From a virus: a DNA stretch of 64,000 nucleotides. Shown piece after piece: positions 18,399 to 27,065 of this stretch. The stretch's first letter is position 1, and every line of letters begins with the position of its first letter. The stretch lies in the IMG/VR virus record IMGVR_UViG_2600255073_000006. One strand, given 5' to 3'. Both the position numbers and the translations under genes were made by a program. The notes beneath the pieces are model-generated. The model searched no databases. It was not told where the DNA came from and saw only the letters and a program-made list of their open reading frames with translations.

Positions 18399-19884
18399 GG
18401 TTGGCCTCTTCTTGTTGGTTGTGTTGTGGGTTGTTGTTCTTTATCGCATGAGCAGGATCGGAGGTGCTCACGATGTCCATATCATTCATTTGTTGTCGCT
18501 CCGATTGGATTTCACGGCGCGTCGATAAGGGGTTGATGTTGCGTTCACGCTGGGCATGGCTTAACGAATGCAGCCCCAAGCGCGTACCTTTTTCCACGCC
18601 GACCATCTCTTTGCTGGGATCAATCCAAGGCATCACCGGCGCTTGATAAATCGCATTCAAAATGGTCGTACGGTCGACGTCTTTAGGCAAGGTTACCTCA
18701 CCGGCGAGCATCGCCATTTTAAGGGCATGCCGATACTGGGGGCGCGTCCAACCTAAAACGAATTTGCGCTGCAGGACTCGGTAACGACTGAACGAATCGA
18801 TTAACTCTTGCCGCTGCGCAGAATAACTGCCGTTGCTGTAATCTCGGGTTACGCTGGAGTTATTCACCCCGGCGCCTCCACTGGCCAATCGCAGCTGGGC
18901 ATTACGAAAAGGACTGCTCATGGTCTCTTTGCGGTTGTTCTCCACCACGCCGGCTTCTTCACCGGGGGCCAGTTCAAACGAATTTCCCATCCCTAAGAAC
19001 AAATCCCCGCCACGATCAAACGCGTCGGTGGTGTTGGAATGCAAAGACGGATCGCGTTTGATGTAATAGGCAAAGCGGCTGGCGATTTGGGCGCTGATAC
19101 GCTCCGACTGATCGTAATCTTCAAGGTCATCGACCAAATCCAATACCGAGTGCAACAGCGAAATGCCCCGGTTTTGATGAAAGCGGCGAGTAAACTTCAA
19201 ATGGCAAACAAACTGCGCATCGACCTCTGCAAACTCAAAGCCCCTTGCATCTTTTTGGATCAAATAGCTGATGGCTTGCCCCAGCTTATTGCGCTTGATG
19301 CCTTCAAACATGCCCCCGTCGGCCTCAGTGATGTGCGCCGGAATGAAATCGGGCTCAAAGGGCTGCACGGCAAAGGGCGTGTCGGTCGGATAAGTTAAAT
19401 CCTTATGTTTGCCCATGAACATGCGACAAAACACCTCGCCATCACGAAACCAGGTTCGCCCCGCTAACCACTCGGTTTCTGCTCTCGACAGCTCGGCATC
19501 GATGTTCTGCTTTAACGAAAAGTTCTCCCACCAAGTCATGATCGCCTGAGCGCAGACCACATGCACTTCCCCTTTATGATTGAGCGGTTGAGGCTCGACC
19601 ATAATGCCATTGGGACCAATCACGTTGGCGCAAAGCTCATCTAAAATGGCCGTCACAAATGGGTTGTTCTCATCCATGTGCCGGGCACGCTGATAGACGG
19701 CTTTGGCGCCTTTGTTTAGGGCGTTGGCATCGCCTTTCGATTGTTTGTTGGTCTTTTTAGTGTGGGGATTACGAGAAAGTGCGGCATTGTATTTATTTAA
19801 CAGTCGCCGGTCGTGGGCGCGCTCTAGGCCTTTTCGCGGATTGAAGACGGCGATAAGCTTGTCAATCCAGTTTGGGCTACTCAA
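18382..19884 (-). CDS. Lambda-family portal protein
   Basis: RARHMDENNP, TRFHQ.RG, PVMPWIDP.KE motifs. Confidence 0.95.
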   Translation of the reverse strand: MSSPNWIDKLIAVFNPRKGLERAHDRRLLNKYNAALSRNPHTKKTNKQSKGDANALNKGAKAVYQRARHMDENNPFVTAILDELCANVIGPNGIMVEPQPLNHKGEVHVVCAQAIMTWWENFSLKQNIDAELSRAETEWLAGRTWFRDGEVFCRMFMGKHKDLTYPTDTPFAVQPFEPDFIPAHITEADGGMFEGIKRNKLGQAISYLIQKDARGFEFAEVDAQFVCHLKFTRRFHQNRGISLLHSVLDLVDDLEDYDQSERISAQIASRFAYYIKRDPSLHSNTTDAFDRGGDLFLGMGNSFELAPGEEAGVVENNRKETMSSPFRNAQLRLASGGAGVNNSSVTRDYSNGSYSAQRQELIDSFSRYRVLQRKFVLGWTRPQYRHALKMAMLAGEVTLPKDVDRTTILNAIYQAPVMPWIDPSKEMVGVEKGTRLGLHSLSHAQRERNINPLSTRREIQSERQQMNDMDIVSTSDPAHAIKNNNPQHNQQEEANHAKAK

Positions 19885-20098
19885 GATAGTTTCTCCGTAT
19901 CATGGCAAGCCGCCCTCCTTGCGCCTGCAGCGAGATAATGCGCTGTAAACGTTCTATTTCTCTGCGCACCGTGCTTAAACTGGCCAAGGTCAACTCTTCC
20001 CCTTCTGCCGTTTTTACAGACTGTTGCTGTAAGATTTTTTGCTCAGCGTCTAGGTACCACTGCAATCTGTCTTGATGGCTGGGTATGGCGACATTCAT
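19877..20098 (-). CDS. Head-tail joining protein, gpW-like
   Basis: YLDAEQKIL.QQSV....LTLASL..VRREIERL. Confidence 0.8.
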   Translation of the reverse strand: MNVAIPSHQDRLQWYLDAEQKILQQQSVKTAEGEELTLASLSTVRREIERLQRIISLQAQGGRLAMIRRNYLE

Positions 20099-22191
20099 CC
20101 GAAAATCCCTCTTGAGTGGTTGTATCGTTGCTTAGGCTTGCGCTCGAACACCGGCGGTAAGTCTGCATCAATGACGTTTGGGTTTATCTGCCATTCACAC
20201 GCCCAAGGGGGTGGGTTTTCCCAATCGATATCATCACCACCGAGAAAGTGCATCCCCGCCTCAGCATAGGCACACAAATCAAAGCTCTCGTTACGCGTCT
20301 TATCCGGGCAAATCCACTGGCCTTTTTCATCGATAAATTCGGCCGTCAGTTCATCAAACCATTCTCTAGGTGCCCAAGCCGGCAAATGAAAATACCGAGA
20401 ACCAAATTCTTCACGTGAGTAGCTGGCCACCACACGATTTTTCAGTCGGTTGGTGTGCAGCAGCAATAACGGGATCTCACCATGGGCCAACTTGCTGCGC
20501 TTATCTGGATAAGACTCTTTGATTAACGAATCCATGTCTTTGTTACTGGACCCTTTCACCAAGCGAAACAAATGAGACAGGCCTTTTGCTTTGAGCCGGT
20601 TATAAAACTGGTAAGCAAAATCGGTCACGGAGGTTTTCTTTCCATCTTTGACCCCAGCCGAGCCGCCAGAGTCACACAGGGTTAAAGCGGGTTTCATCAC
20701 TCGGCCACTGCCATCGGCCACGGGATAGGTTTTCTTGATTACCTGATCGATAAGCAAGTCCCAGTCTTCGGCGTAAATGGTCGGATTGATGCGGTCACCG
20801 TTTCGGTGTGGCGCGGTGAGAATTTCAAAGCGGTCGATGATCCAGCGCTGCAGCCCTTCACCAAAAACCTGAGCTTGCACCACAAAACGGGCGTTGGATT
20901 GCCCGCCTTGCACATCGATATTCATCAGCAAGAAGCGGCCGCCAACGGGTACCACGCAGCGTAAATACGGGTTCGCTTTGGCTTTTTCCATCAGCTCATG
21001 CGCCCCAATATCTTGCCCTTGGGATTGCAGAATATACGAGCGCCCCATTCGGGTATTGATAAACGAGATCAAGGCGTCTTCGTCGCCACTGTCTTGATAC
21101 ATGGCCTCGGCATTGAGATAGCGATAGACCAAGTTTTGCCAACTGCTGTAGGTCGCAATCACGCCCTCAAACCAAAACGTGGCCCATTTGGTGGTGCGTA
21201 TCTCGGACTCATCTTTGACTAACTCGCCGTATTTATCCACCGCCCCTTCACGCAACCATTGGCCGCTGGCATTCTTGGCGTGTTTTTCACTTTCTTCAAT
21301 TCGATGGCCACACCTTGGGCAAGCCACATACGCGGTTTGAGACGAAAGTAATGGGTCCCCTTTGTCGTCCCATTTCAATGTTTCAAATTCTGGCCTAAAG
21401 TGGGCGTGGCAATCATCGCAGGTCCAATAGAAACGGCGACGATCCCCTTGGTTATACAACGAGGCAATCCCCCCACAAGGTTGCGCTTCATGAGGCAGCA
21501 ATTCTTCTTCCGGTTTGGGATGGCGAACAATACGACCAGGCGAACTCTCGGCCATCACCATGCCTGACGATTTGGCGTTTTGAACCCGCATGAGCATCAG
21601 CTCAAACTTAGAGCCCTCTTGCCCTACGCCATCATCGGCCCGGTCGTAATCGGTCGCACCCGCATATCGATAGGTCGACGCCGACAAACTGGTTTCCGTG
21701 GCAGAATCGAGCTTAAGATTCATGCCATTTCTAAATTTCTTAGAGGTGATGTTATCGTCAGACTTACGCCCGGTTTTCAAACGCGCAATGCCTGATGTGG
21801 CCGAAAAGCAGCGATCCAAATCGGCCTTGGACATATCGGCCGCTTTGGTTTTGGTGCTGTAAATCAGCAGCATATCGCCAGGAGCTTGCGTGACCGTATA
21901 GTTGATCCACCCTTCCACCAAGGCTTTGGTTTTGCCCGAACGCGCCGGACCGACGACGATCACCGCTTCATAAATGCGTCTGGCCAAGCAGTTCATCGGC
22001 TCTTTCATGTAAGGGACCAACGAAGACAGAAACTTGGTCACATCGGTACCATCGGATATCCACAAATTTTCATCTGCAGCTTCAAGCGGAGTTTTATCGG
22101 TGGGTGCACACAAATAAGCCAGCTCTCGACGGATCTTACTCGCATCAGCAAATTGAACACCAAGACGGGTATCAAAGCTGTTCAAGCCCAT
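20095..22191 (-). CDS. Terminase large subunit, lambda GpA family
   Basis: Walker A GPARSGKT, ESSPG, CDDC/CPRC zinc motif, IDVQG nuclease Asp, RNESFD. Confidence 0.95.
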   Translation of the reverse strand: MGLNSFDTRLGVQFADASKIRRELAYLCAPTDKTPLEAADENLWISDGTDVTKFLSSLVPYMKEPMNCLARRIYEAVIVVGPARSGKTKALVEGWINYTVTQAPGDMLLIYSTKTKAADMSKADLDRCFSATSGIARLKTGRKSDDNITSKKFRNGMNLKLDSATETSLSASTYRYAGATDYDRADDGVGQEGSKFELMLMRVQNAKSSGMVMAESSPGRIVRHPKPEEELLPHEAQPCGGIASLYNQGDRRRFYWTCDDCHAHFRPEFETLKWDDKGDPLLSSQTAYVACPRCGHRIEESEKHAKNASGQWLREGAVDKYGELVKDESEIRTTKWATFWFEGVIATYSSWQNLVYRYLNAEAMYQDSGDEDALISFINTRMGRSYILQSQGQDIGAHELMEKAKANPYLRCVVPVGGRFLLMNIDVQGGQSNARFVVQAQVFGEGLQRWIIDRFEILTAPHRNGDRINPTIYAEDWDLLIDQVIKKTYPVADGSGRVMKPALTLCDSGGSAGVKDGKKTSVTDFAYQFYNRLKAKGLSHLFRLVKGSSNKDMDSLIKESYPDKRSKLAHGEIPLLLLHTNRLKNRVVASYSREEFGSRYFHLPAWAPREWFDELTAEFIDEKGQWICPDKTRNESFDLCAYAEAGMHFLGGDDIDWENPPPWACEWQINPNVIDADLPPVFERKPKQRYNHSRGIFG

Positions 22192-22642
22192 CTGACACCG
22201 CCTTTAAATCAAAGTTAAGTAAACGTTCTAATGCTTCGAGTTGCTGCGTGGTCGCCGTTGGGATTGCCGATTCAATCCGGGTAATGACTTTGTCTTTAAA
22301 GCCCTTTAAACCGGATATACAAAGCGCAATTTCATTCTCATAATCTTCTTTAGAAATGCACTCGCTCGATTCTTTTTGCAGCGCGAGCTTTTCTCGTTCC
22401 GATTGCACGTACGCTCTTAACTCCGCGGCACTTTTAAACCCCATCAAATCCGGCGCCGCACTTTCTTTGAGTGGCGCTTTGCATAAGTAAGGCGCGACTT
22501 GCACCACATCATACAGCGGGGTTTGCCCTTTAAAGGCAATCGGCTCAACTCCTGCCGATTTAAGCTTTTTGCGGATCGTTGAACGGTGATAGTCGAACGC
22601 TTCCAACTCGGTTAAATTCCAAAGTCGTTTTTCATTATTCAT
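22172..22642 (-). CDS. Terminase small subunit (Nu1-like)
   Basis: N-terminal wHTH, overlaps the large-subunit start. Confidence 0.8.
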   Translation of the reverse strand: MNNEKRLWNLTELEAFDYHRSTIRKKLKSAGVEPIAFKGQTPLYDVVQVAPYLCKAPLKESAAPDLMGFKSAAELRAYVQSEREKLALQKESSECISKEDYENEIALCISGLKGFKDKVITRIESAIPTATTQQLEALERLLNFDLKAVSDGLEQL

Positions 22643-22855
22643 TGAAAGCCCTTATTAATAGGTCTCGTCTCTCCGAGCGTCACGCCCTTTTTCGCATCAA
22701 GCTGACGTTGCTAATCAATGTAGTTCGTTTGAACTCTGCTTGTTCCTTTTTGATTCTGTACTTGCGCTCACACGTAAGGAGTATCAGCCGAAGCTGAAGA
22801 TGATCATCGCTAACAAGCCAGACAGCGAGGAACCCACGCCTACCGGTATTCGGTG

Positions 22856-23128
22856 TTATTTGTCTGGATTTGAAATCGCACTGTCGTAACCATAAAAGTC
22901 ACGCAAGTGCTCAATTTGGTCTGCGCAATTGCGCCAAGATTCGAGCCATATTGGGTCACGCTCGACCGCCTCACCGTAGGTTTTCGGCGGCGCGGTAAAC
23001 GGTTGTTGGCAAGCGGTCAGATACACCGCAGGTGGAAGCACTAATCTTTCTTGAACTTCGGTGATGACTTCAGTGGTAGTACACCCACTTAGCAGCATCA
23101 GGAATAGGTACATCAGCGCACTTTTCAT
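22856..23128 (-). CDS. Outer-membrane spanin (Rz1-like lipoprotein)
   Basis: Lipobox LLSGC, Pro-rich, overlaps the i-spanin gene. Confidence 0.75.
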   Translation of the reverse strand: MKSALMYLFLMLLSGCTTTEVITEVQERLVLPPAVYLTACQQPFTAPPKTYGEAVERDPIWLESWRNCADQIEHLRDFYGYDSAISNPDK

Positions 23129-23426
23129 GGTTGAGTACCTCTTTAATTTCTGTCACGGTTTGAATGGTGACGGTATTTCGCTCTGCTTTGGCTTGCAGCA
23201 AGACATCGGCGGCCTGCTGCGCTTGACGAGCTTCCTCAGTTAAGGTTTTCACCGTGATAGCTAGGGATTTATTTTGGTTCAGGGACGCTTTAAATTGACT
23301 CTGCAGATCACCGTATCGCGTTGCTTGAAGCTGAGTGAGCTCAAACAGATAAGCCGACGCCGCTAAGCTAGCAAGCAGTAAAACCCCTACGCCCACCAGC
23401 AAGAACTGTTTGATAGAGACGTTCAT
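23070..23426 (-). CDS. Inner-membrane spanin (Rz-like)
   Basis: N-terminal TM helix, coiled coil, C-terminal CADVPIP. Confidence 0.75.
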   Translation of the reverse strand: MNVSIKQFLLVGVGVLLLASLAASAYLFELTQLQATRYGDLQSQFKASLNQNKSLAITVKTLTEEARQAQQAADVLLQAKAERNTVTIQTVTEIKEVLNHEKCADVPIPDAAKWVYYH

Positions 23427-23438
23427 AAGCCCCCTCTT

Positions 23439-23966
23439 TTACCAGCCGTTTAAGCACGCTTGTTGCTCTATTGCCCGGCGTTTGACCACCCCTGAACATT
23501 GGCTGTCAGGGTCATTGCAATTTTTTCCGTTAACATAAACCCAACGTGAAAACTCTCGGCACGCTTTTAAAGGTTGGTTTTGATTAAACAGCTTGAGCAT
23601 GGTGGAACGTTTAAAGTTGCCAGCACCGAGGTTGAACACAAAGCTCACCAGGACATCAAACTGAGCTTGAGTCACATCAGCAGTTAAGTATTGGTTGACC
23701 GTTTTTTCAGCGGTTTGGATATCGGCGACAAAGTGACGGGCAATCTGTTCTTTCGTCGCGACATCACCCTGCTTAACGCCCGTGGTATGACCCAGGCCAA
23801 TGGTCCATACATCAGCGCTGCACTGATACGCTTGTGTTCGGCACCCTTCGAGGTTGGCAATATGCGCCAAACCTTGCTGGCTGGTTTGCATATTGGGACT
23901 AAGGGTAAAAACAATGGACAATACAACGGCAACTGAACAAACGGTTTTACTGATTAAGTTTTTCAT
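23439..23966 (-). CDS. GH24 lysozyme, probable SAR endolysin
   Basis: EGCRTQAYQCSAD.WTIG.GHT catalytic motif after a hydrophobic N-terminus. Confidence 0.9.
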   Translation of the reverse strand: MKNLISKTVCSVAVVLSIVFTLSPNMQTSQQGLAHIANLEGCRTQAYQCSADVWTIGLGHTTGVKQGDVATKEQIARHFVADIQTAEKTVNQYLTADVTQAQFDVLVSFVFNLGAGNFKRSTMLKLFNQNQPLKACREFSRWVYVNGKNCNDPDSQCSGVVKRRAIEQQACLNGW

Positions 23967-24159
23967 TGAGCGCTTCCGAAATTCGTTGCTTGCGAATTTC
24001 CTCAAGCATTTTGAGTTTGATGCGCCGATTGGTGAAGTACGTGACAAACACCATCACAATACCAATCACGGCTGCCCAATCTTGAATGCTGAAGGCCCCG
24101 GTCAGAGCCAATAAGCCGCTCGTGAGATATGAAAAGAATGAACTGAGTTTATCTTGCAT
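23947..24159 (-). CDS. Holin (HP1-like)
   Basis: 70 aa, DWAAVIGI TM segment, basic C-tail, directly upstream of the lysozyme. Confidence 0.8.
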   Translation of the reverse strand: MQDKLSSFFSYLTSGLLALTGAFSIQDWAAVIGIVMVFVTYFTNRRIKLKMLEEIRKQRISEALNEKLNQ

Positions 24160-24170
24160 ATGAGGCCCAT

Positions 24171-24206
24171 AAAAAAGCACCCTACTTTCACAATGGAAAG
24201 GGGTGC
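24171..24206 (-). terminator. Second late-leader terminator
   Basis: GCACCC...GGGTGC followed by TTTTTT on the minus strand. Confidence 0.6.
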
Positions 24207-24231
24207 TCGAAAGTTATAAACGCTAGAAACG

Positions 24232-24263
24232 AAAAAACCCCGCCGATTGGGCGAGGTTTTTTT
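24232..24263 (-). terminator. tR'-like terminator
   Basis: AAAAAACCTCGCCCAATCGGCGGGGTTTTTT. Confidence 0.7.
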
Positions 24264-24272
24264 ACTGTAGTA

Positions 24273-24300
24273 ATTATGCACACTTGAGCGGGGAAAGCAA
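24273..24300 (-). promoter_or_regulatory. Candidate Q-dependent late promoter (pR'-like)
   Basis: TTGCTT-16 bp-CATAAT followed by two terminators and then the holin gene. Confidence 0.5.
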
Positions 24301-24440
24301 GAATACTAGGTCTATGTGTCATAACATTTGTACAAAAACGCTTTAGAGGTACTGCACTATGCATTAACCTATTTCATTCTGGTTAGTTAAAGTTAGTTGA
24401 AACCCTAAACGCTTATTAGCAGTGCGCAGCACTCTTCAGA

Positions 24441-24806
24441 TTAGTCCGCCATAAATGATGCTTTACTATGTGCATCTGCGTCGGATTGACCTTGACAGCT
24501 TTCACAGTACCCCCCGTCATTTTGGTAATACTCAACCAAGTCATCGTCATCTAAGATATTTAGACACTCTTGATGTTCTTCTTCAAATTCATGTGTATAA
24601 CCTGAACATTGAACATCTTCCACCAAATGACGAATTGATTTATCAAAATGATACTTCTGATGTTCAGACATTACCTCATAGCCATTCCGACTGGAAAATT
24701 TAGCGATTCCCATAACTACACTTTCATCGGCACCACTATCTCGAGCTGACTCCTCAAGAATCTCCGGGTGATTTCTAATAATTTCTTTTAAAGCCTCTAA
24801 GTTCAT
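24441..24806 (-). CDS. Hypothetical acidic 121-aa protein with Cys motifs
   Basis: ATG at 24806; C-x-G, C and CESC in an acidic C-terminal half. Confidence 0.7.
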   Translation of the reverse strand: MNLEALKEIIRNHPEILEESARDSGADESVVMGIAKFSSRNGYEVMSEHQKYHFDKSIRHLVEDVQCSGYTHEFEEEHQECLNILDDDDLVEYYQNDGGYCESCQGQSDADAHSKASFMAD

Positions 24807-24849
24807 TCTTATCCTACCAGTTATTTTTAAAGTTGAATTCAATTTGCAC

Positions 24850-24923
24850 TGCTAACAACTGTTAAGATATTAGCAACGCAATAACGATGCGTTAAATGCT
24901 CAGCTTATTTAGGTGTGTTATGT
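24850..24923. repeat. attC-like imperfect palindrome
   Basis: On the minus strand it starts ACATAAC and ends GTTAGCA, with inner TAAG/CTTA arms; lies between two co-oriented cargo genes. Confidence 0.4.
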
Positions 24924-24981
24924 TTGAGTGAAGCGAGATCGGCTTTAAGAACTCAAATAAAAGCAATCATTATGTGTCTGA

Positions 24982-26085
24982 CTATTCTTTATGCGAATAT
25001 TTTTCGTAAAGTTCTAGCTTCTTTGCTTCTAAAAACTTTAGTACTTGTAACTTGATAATAGACTTGTTTTCATCTGCTAACTTCTGTTGAATCTTCAAAC
25101 CATCAACTTCCATCATTAACTCACTATTCGCGTCCATTCCTTGAAAATAAAGGTTAAGCACACAGGTGCCCTGATGATCAGAGTCATTTAGCTCATGGCT
25201 AGAACTTATACTATATAACTTTAGATGCTTCTTGAGTTCGGGCTTTATCAAGAAAATACTGGAATCCAGCTTTTCTCCTTTGAACATTAAGTCTTTAACT
25301 TTCTTTTCAAACCACTCGATCTCTTGAGGTTTTTCTCCTTTAACATTTTCATCAGGAGCAAAGTAAATTTTCTTAATGTCTTGGTAATATAAATACATTT
25401 CTTTTGACTTAGCTAATTCAATGAGAAAATCTACACGATGCTCATTGGTAAAGTCACCAAATAGAATTTTCTTCATTGGCTCTTGGGAAACATAGCCGTT
25501 ACTTTTTAAATGATGATGGACCCTGGTTGAAACCTTGTTAATTACACTAAGACTCTCTTTAGATGAGTGTTTGACTGTGATGTTTAAATCAATATTGTTG
25601 TTATCATCAAGTTTTAATTCTATAGAACAATTATGGTAAGAAGTGTCATCCCCAAAGTTTTTAGTTTTATCTGTTCTCTTAATGACAATATCAGCAACTA
25701 AATGATTTGGATCTTTTCCATCACCTGCAAGAGAAAAGCATGGATCGTTATCAACAGTGGATATTCCAAACGGATCTACTATTAAATCTGAAAAGTCAAA
25801 ATCATATGGTATTGCATCAACTAAATCTTCTTCACTATTCCAGACAAGTTTTCTAGTTTGGACCTTAGGGTTTTCTTCTTTCGTCTGAATGGACTCTTTC
25901 AAGCTTTCAAATTCATCCGGAGATATACCAGTTTTTACCAACAAAGGACCAAGAATTTTTTTATCGTTAGATGAAGAAAAGATCCCTCTTTTTTTTAAAA
26001 TATCCTTGATATCACCAGGTTTTATCATTGAATTACCAATAAATTGCCGTAGGTAATCACCAGTAGGAATAAAGAAGTCAGACAT
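24982..26085 (-). CDS. gapS4b: GAPS4b-like protein
   Basis: N-terminus FIPTGDYLRQ..IK..LKKRGIF..P.L recalled from the GapS4b family; 8-nt overlap with the upstream nuclease-like gene. Confidence 0.65.
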   Translation of the reverse strand: MSDFFIPTGDYLRQFIGNSMIKPGDIKDILKKRGIFSSSNDKKILGPLLVKTGISPDEFESLKESIQTKEENPKVQTRKLVWNSEEDLVDAIPYDFDFSDLIVDPFGISTVDNDPCFSLAGDGKDPNHLVADIVIKRTDKTKNFGDDTSYHNCSIELKLDDNNNIDLNITVKHSSKESLSVINKVSTRVHHHLKSNGYVSQEPMKKILFGDFTNEHRVDFLIELAKSKEMYLYYQDIKKIYFAPDENVKGEKPQEIEWFEKKVKDLMFKGEKLDSSIFLIKPELKKHLKLYSISSSHELNDSDHQGTCVLNLYFQGMDANSELMMEVDGLKIQQKLADENKSIIKLQVLKFLEAKKLELYEKYSHKE

Positions 26086-27031
26086 TAGCTAGACTCCTAA
26101 AATTAGGCTTAAAGTTACCAAGTGATACATTTAGTTCCATTTCATTCGAAGATAATACTTTTCGTATTATCGAGTCATGATCATCTGGAAAATAATCACC
26201 AGTAACAATCTCAACATCACTGACATTGTCATTAGTGTTCTGACGACAGTATGTTATCAGCTTTGCAAAGTTATTTGCAGAAAATCCATCGATAGATGCA
26301 ACCAAGAATTTACAAGTTTCATGCCCGCCAACAGTCTTCTTTAGCAAAAACGGGACAAATGGACTATTCAAGAACTCTACTTGCATTTTTTTATTATGTT
26401 GCATAATAGTAGAGTCAGCTATGTTCATGCCAGTCAATGGATTAAAAAAATTCCAATCCCAATCAGAATGTTTACTTTCAATATATGTCAAAACATTGAG
26501 GATAAATGATACTCTACGATTATCCACTATATATAACTCACCTATATCATAGTCATTCATAAATCTACTGCTTTGTAGTTTTGAGACGAAGTCAAAATCT
26601 TCATGGTCACAACTTGATATGTAGAATAAAACGGGAATATCATTAATTCTCTTGCACCCTTTGTAATCTACGTTCAGCTCTCTTCGCTCTCCAGAGCGTA
26701 AAAAACACTCTCTTGTATGAACTAGATCTTGAATATACCCTTTGAACTTTGCAGTAGCAGATGCTGGATACTTACTATCTTTGGCATGTTTAACAGAAAT
26801 AATAAGGTGGTTCAGAGTTTCTGACTCTAGTAATGACTTGTAAGAAAATTGGAAATCAATACCGTGCTGTGTTTTTTCACCACTCTTAGACGTTGAAAGT
26901 GCATGCTTTTGACGCTTTATGCAAGGATAATAGATCCCTTTCTGAGGTAAGCCCCACCCAATTTTACTAAAAAAGTTTTCAGCAATACTTTCACCAACTT
27001 CACCAATGGTCTTAGAACGTTCTCCAGCCAC
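26078..27031 (-). CDS. gapS4a: GAPS4a-like PD-(D/E)xK nuclease-fold protein
   Basis: GE.SK.IGE.GE, HGID and ISVK motifs. Confidence 0.65.
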   Translation of the reverse strand: MAGERSKTIGEVGESIAENFFSKIGWGLPQKGIYYPCIKRQKHALSTSKSGEKTQHGIDFQFSYKSLLESETLNHLIISVKHAKDSKYPASATAKFKGYIQDLVHTRECFLRSGERRELNVDYKGCKRINDIPVLFYISSCDHEDFDFVSKLQSSRFMNDYDIGELYIVDNRRVSFILNVLTYIESKHSDWDWNFFNPLTGMNIADSTIMQHNKKMQVEFLNSPFVPFLLKKTVGGHETCKFLVASIDGFSANNFAKLITYCRQNTNDNVSDVEIVTGDYFPDDHDSIIRKVLSSNEMELNVSLGNFKPNFRSLANV

Positions 27032-27065
27032 AATCTACCTCTTAAATACAACAACTACTAAAATT

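Noticed and set aside
22643-22855. cos site at the usual position upstream of the small terminase gene (minus-strand GGGTTCCT at 22828-22835, GGGCGTGACGCT near 22685)
   Set aside because: The two motifs are about 140 bp apart and there is no symmetric cosN at the lambda spacing. It is weaker than the 68-134 candidate but not excluded.
961-23936. Many plus-strand ORFs opposite the late genes (e.g. 3506-4015, 5129-5581, 8470-8943, 19039-19398)
   Set aside because: Shadow ORFs on the antisense strand of well-supported genes, with no RBS or motifs.
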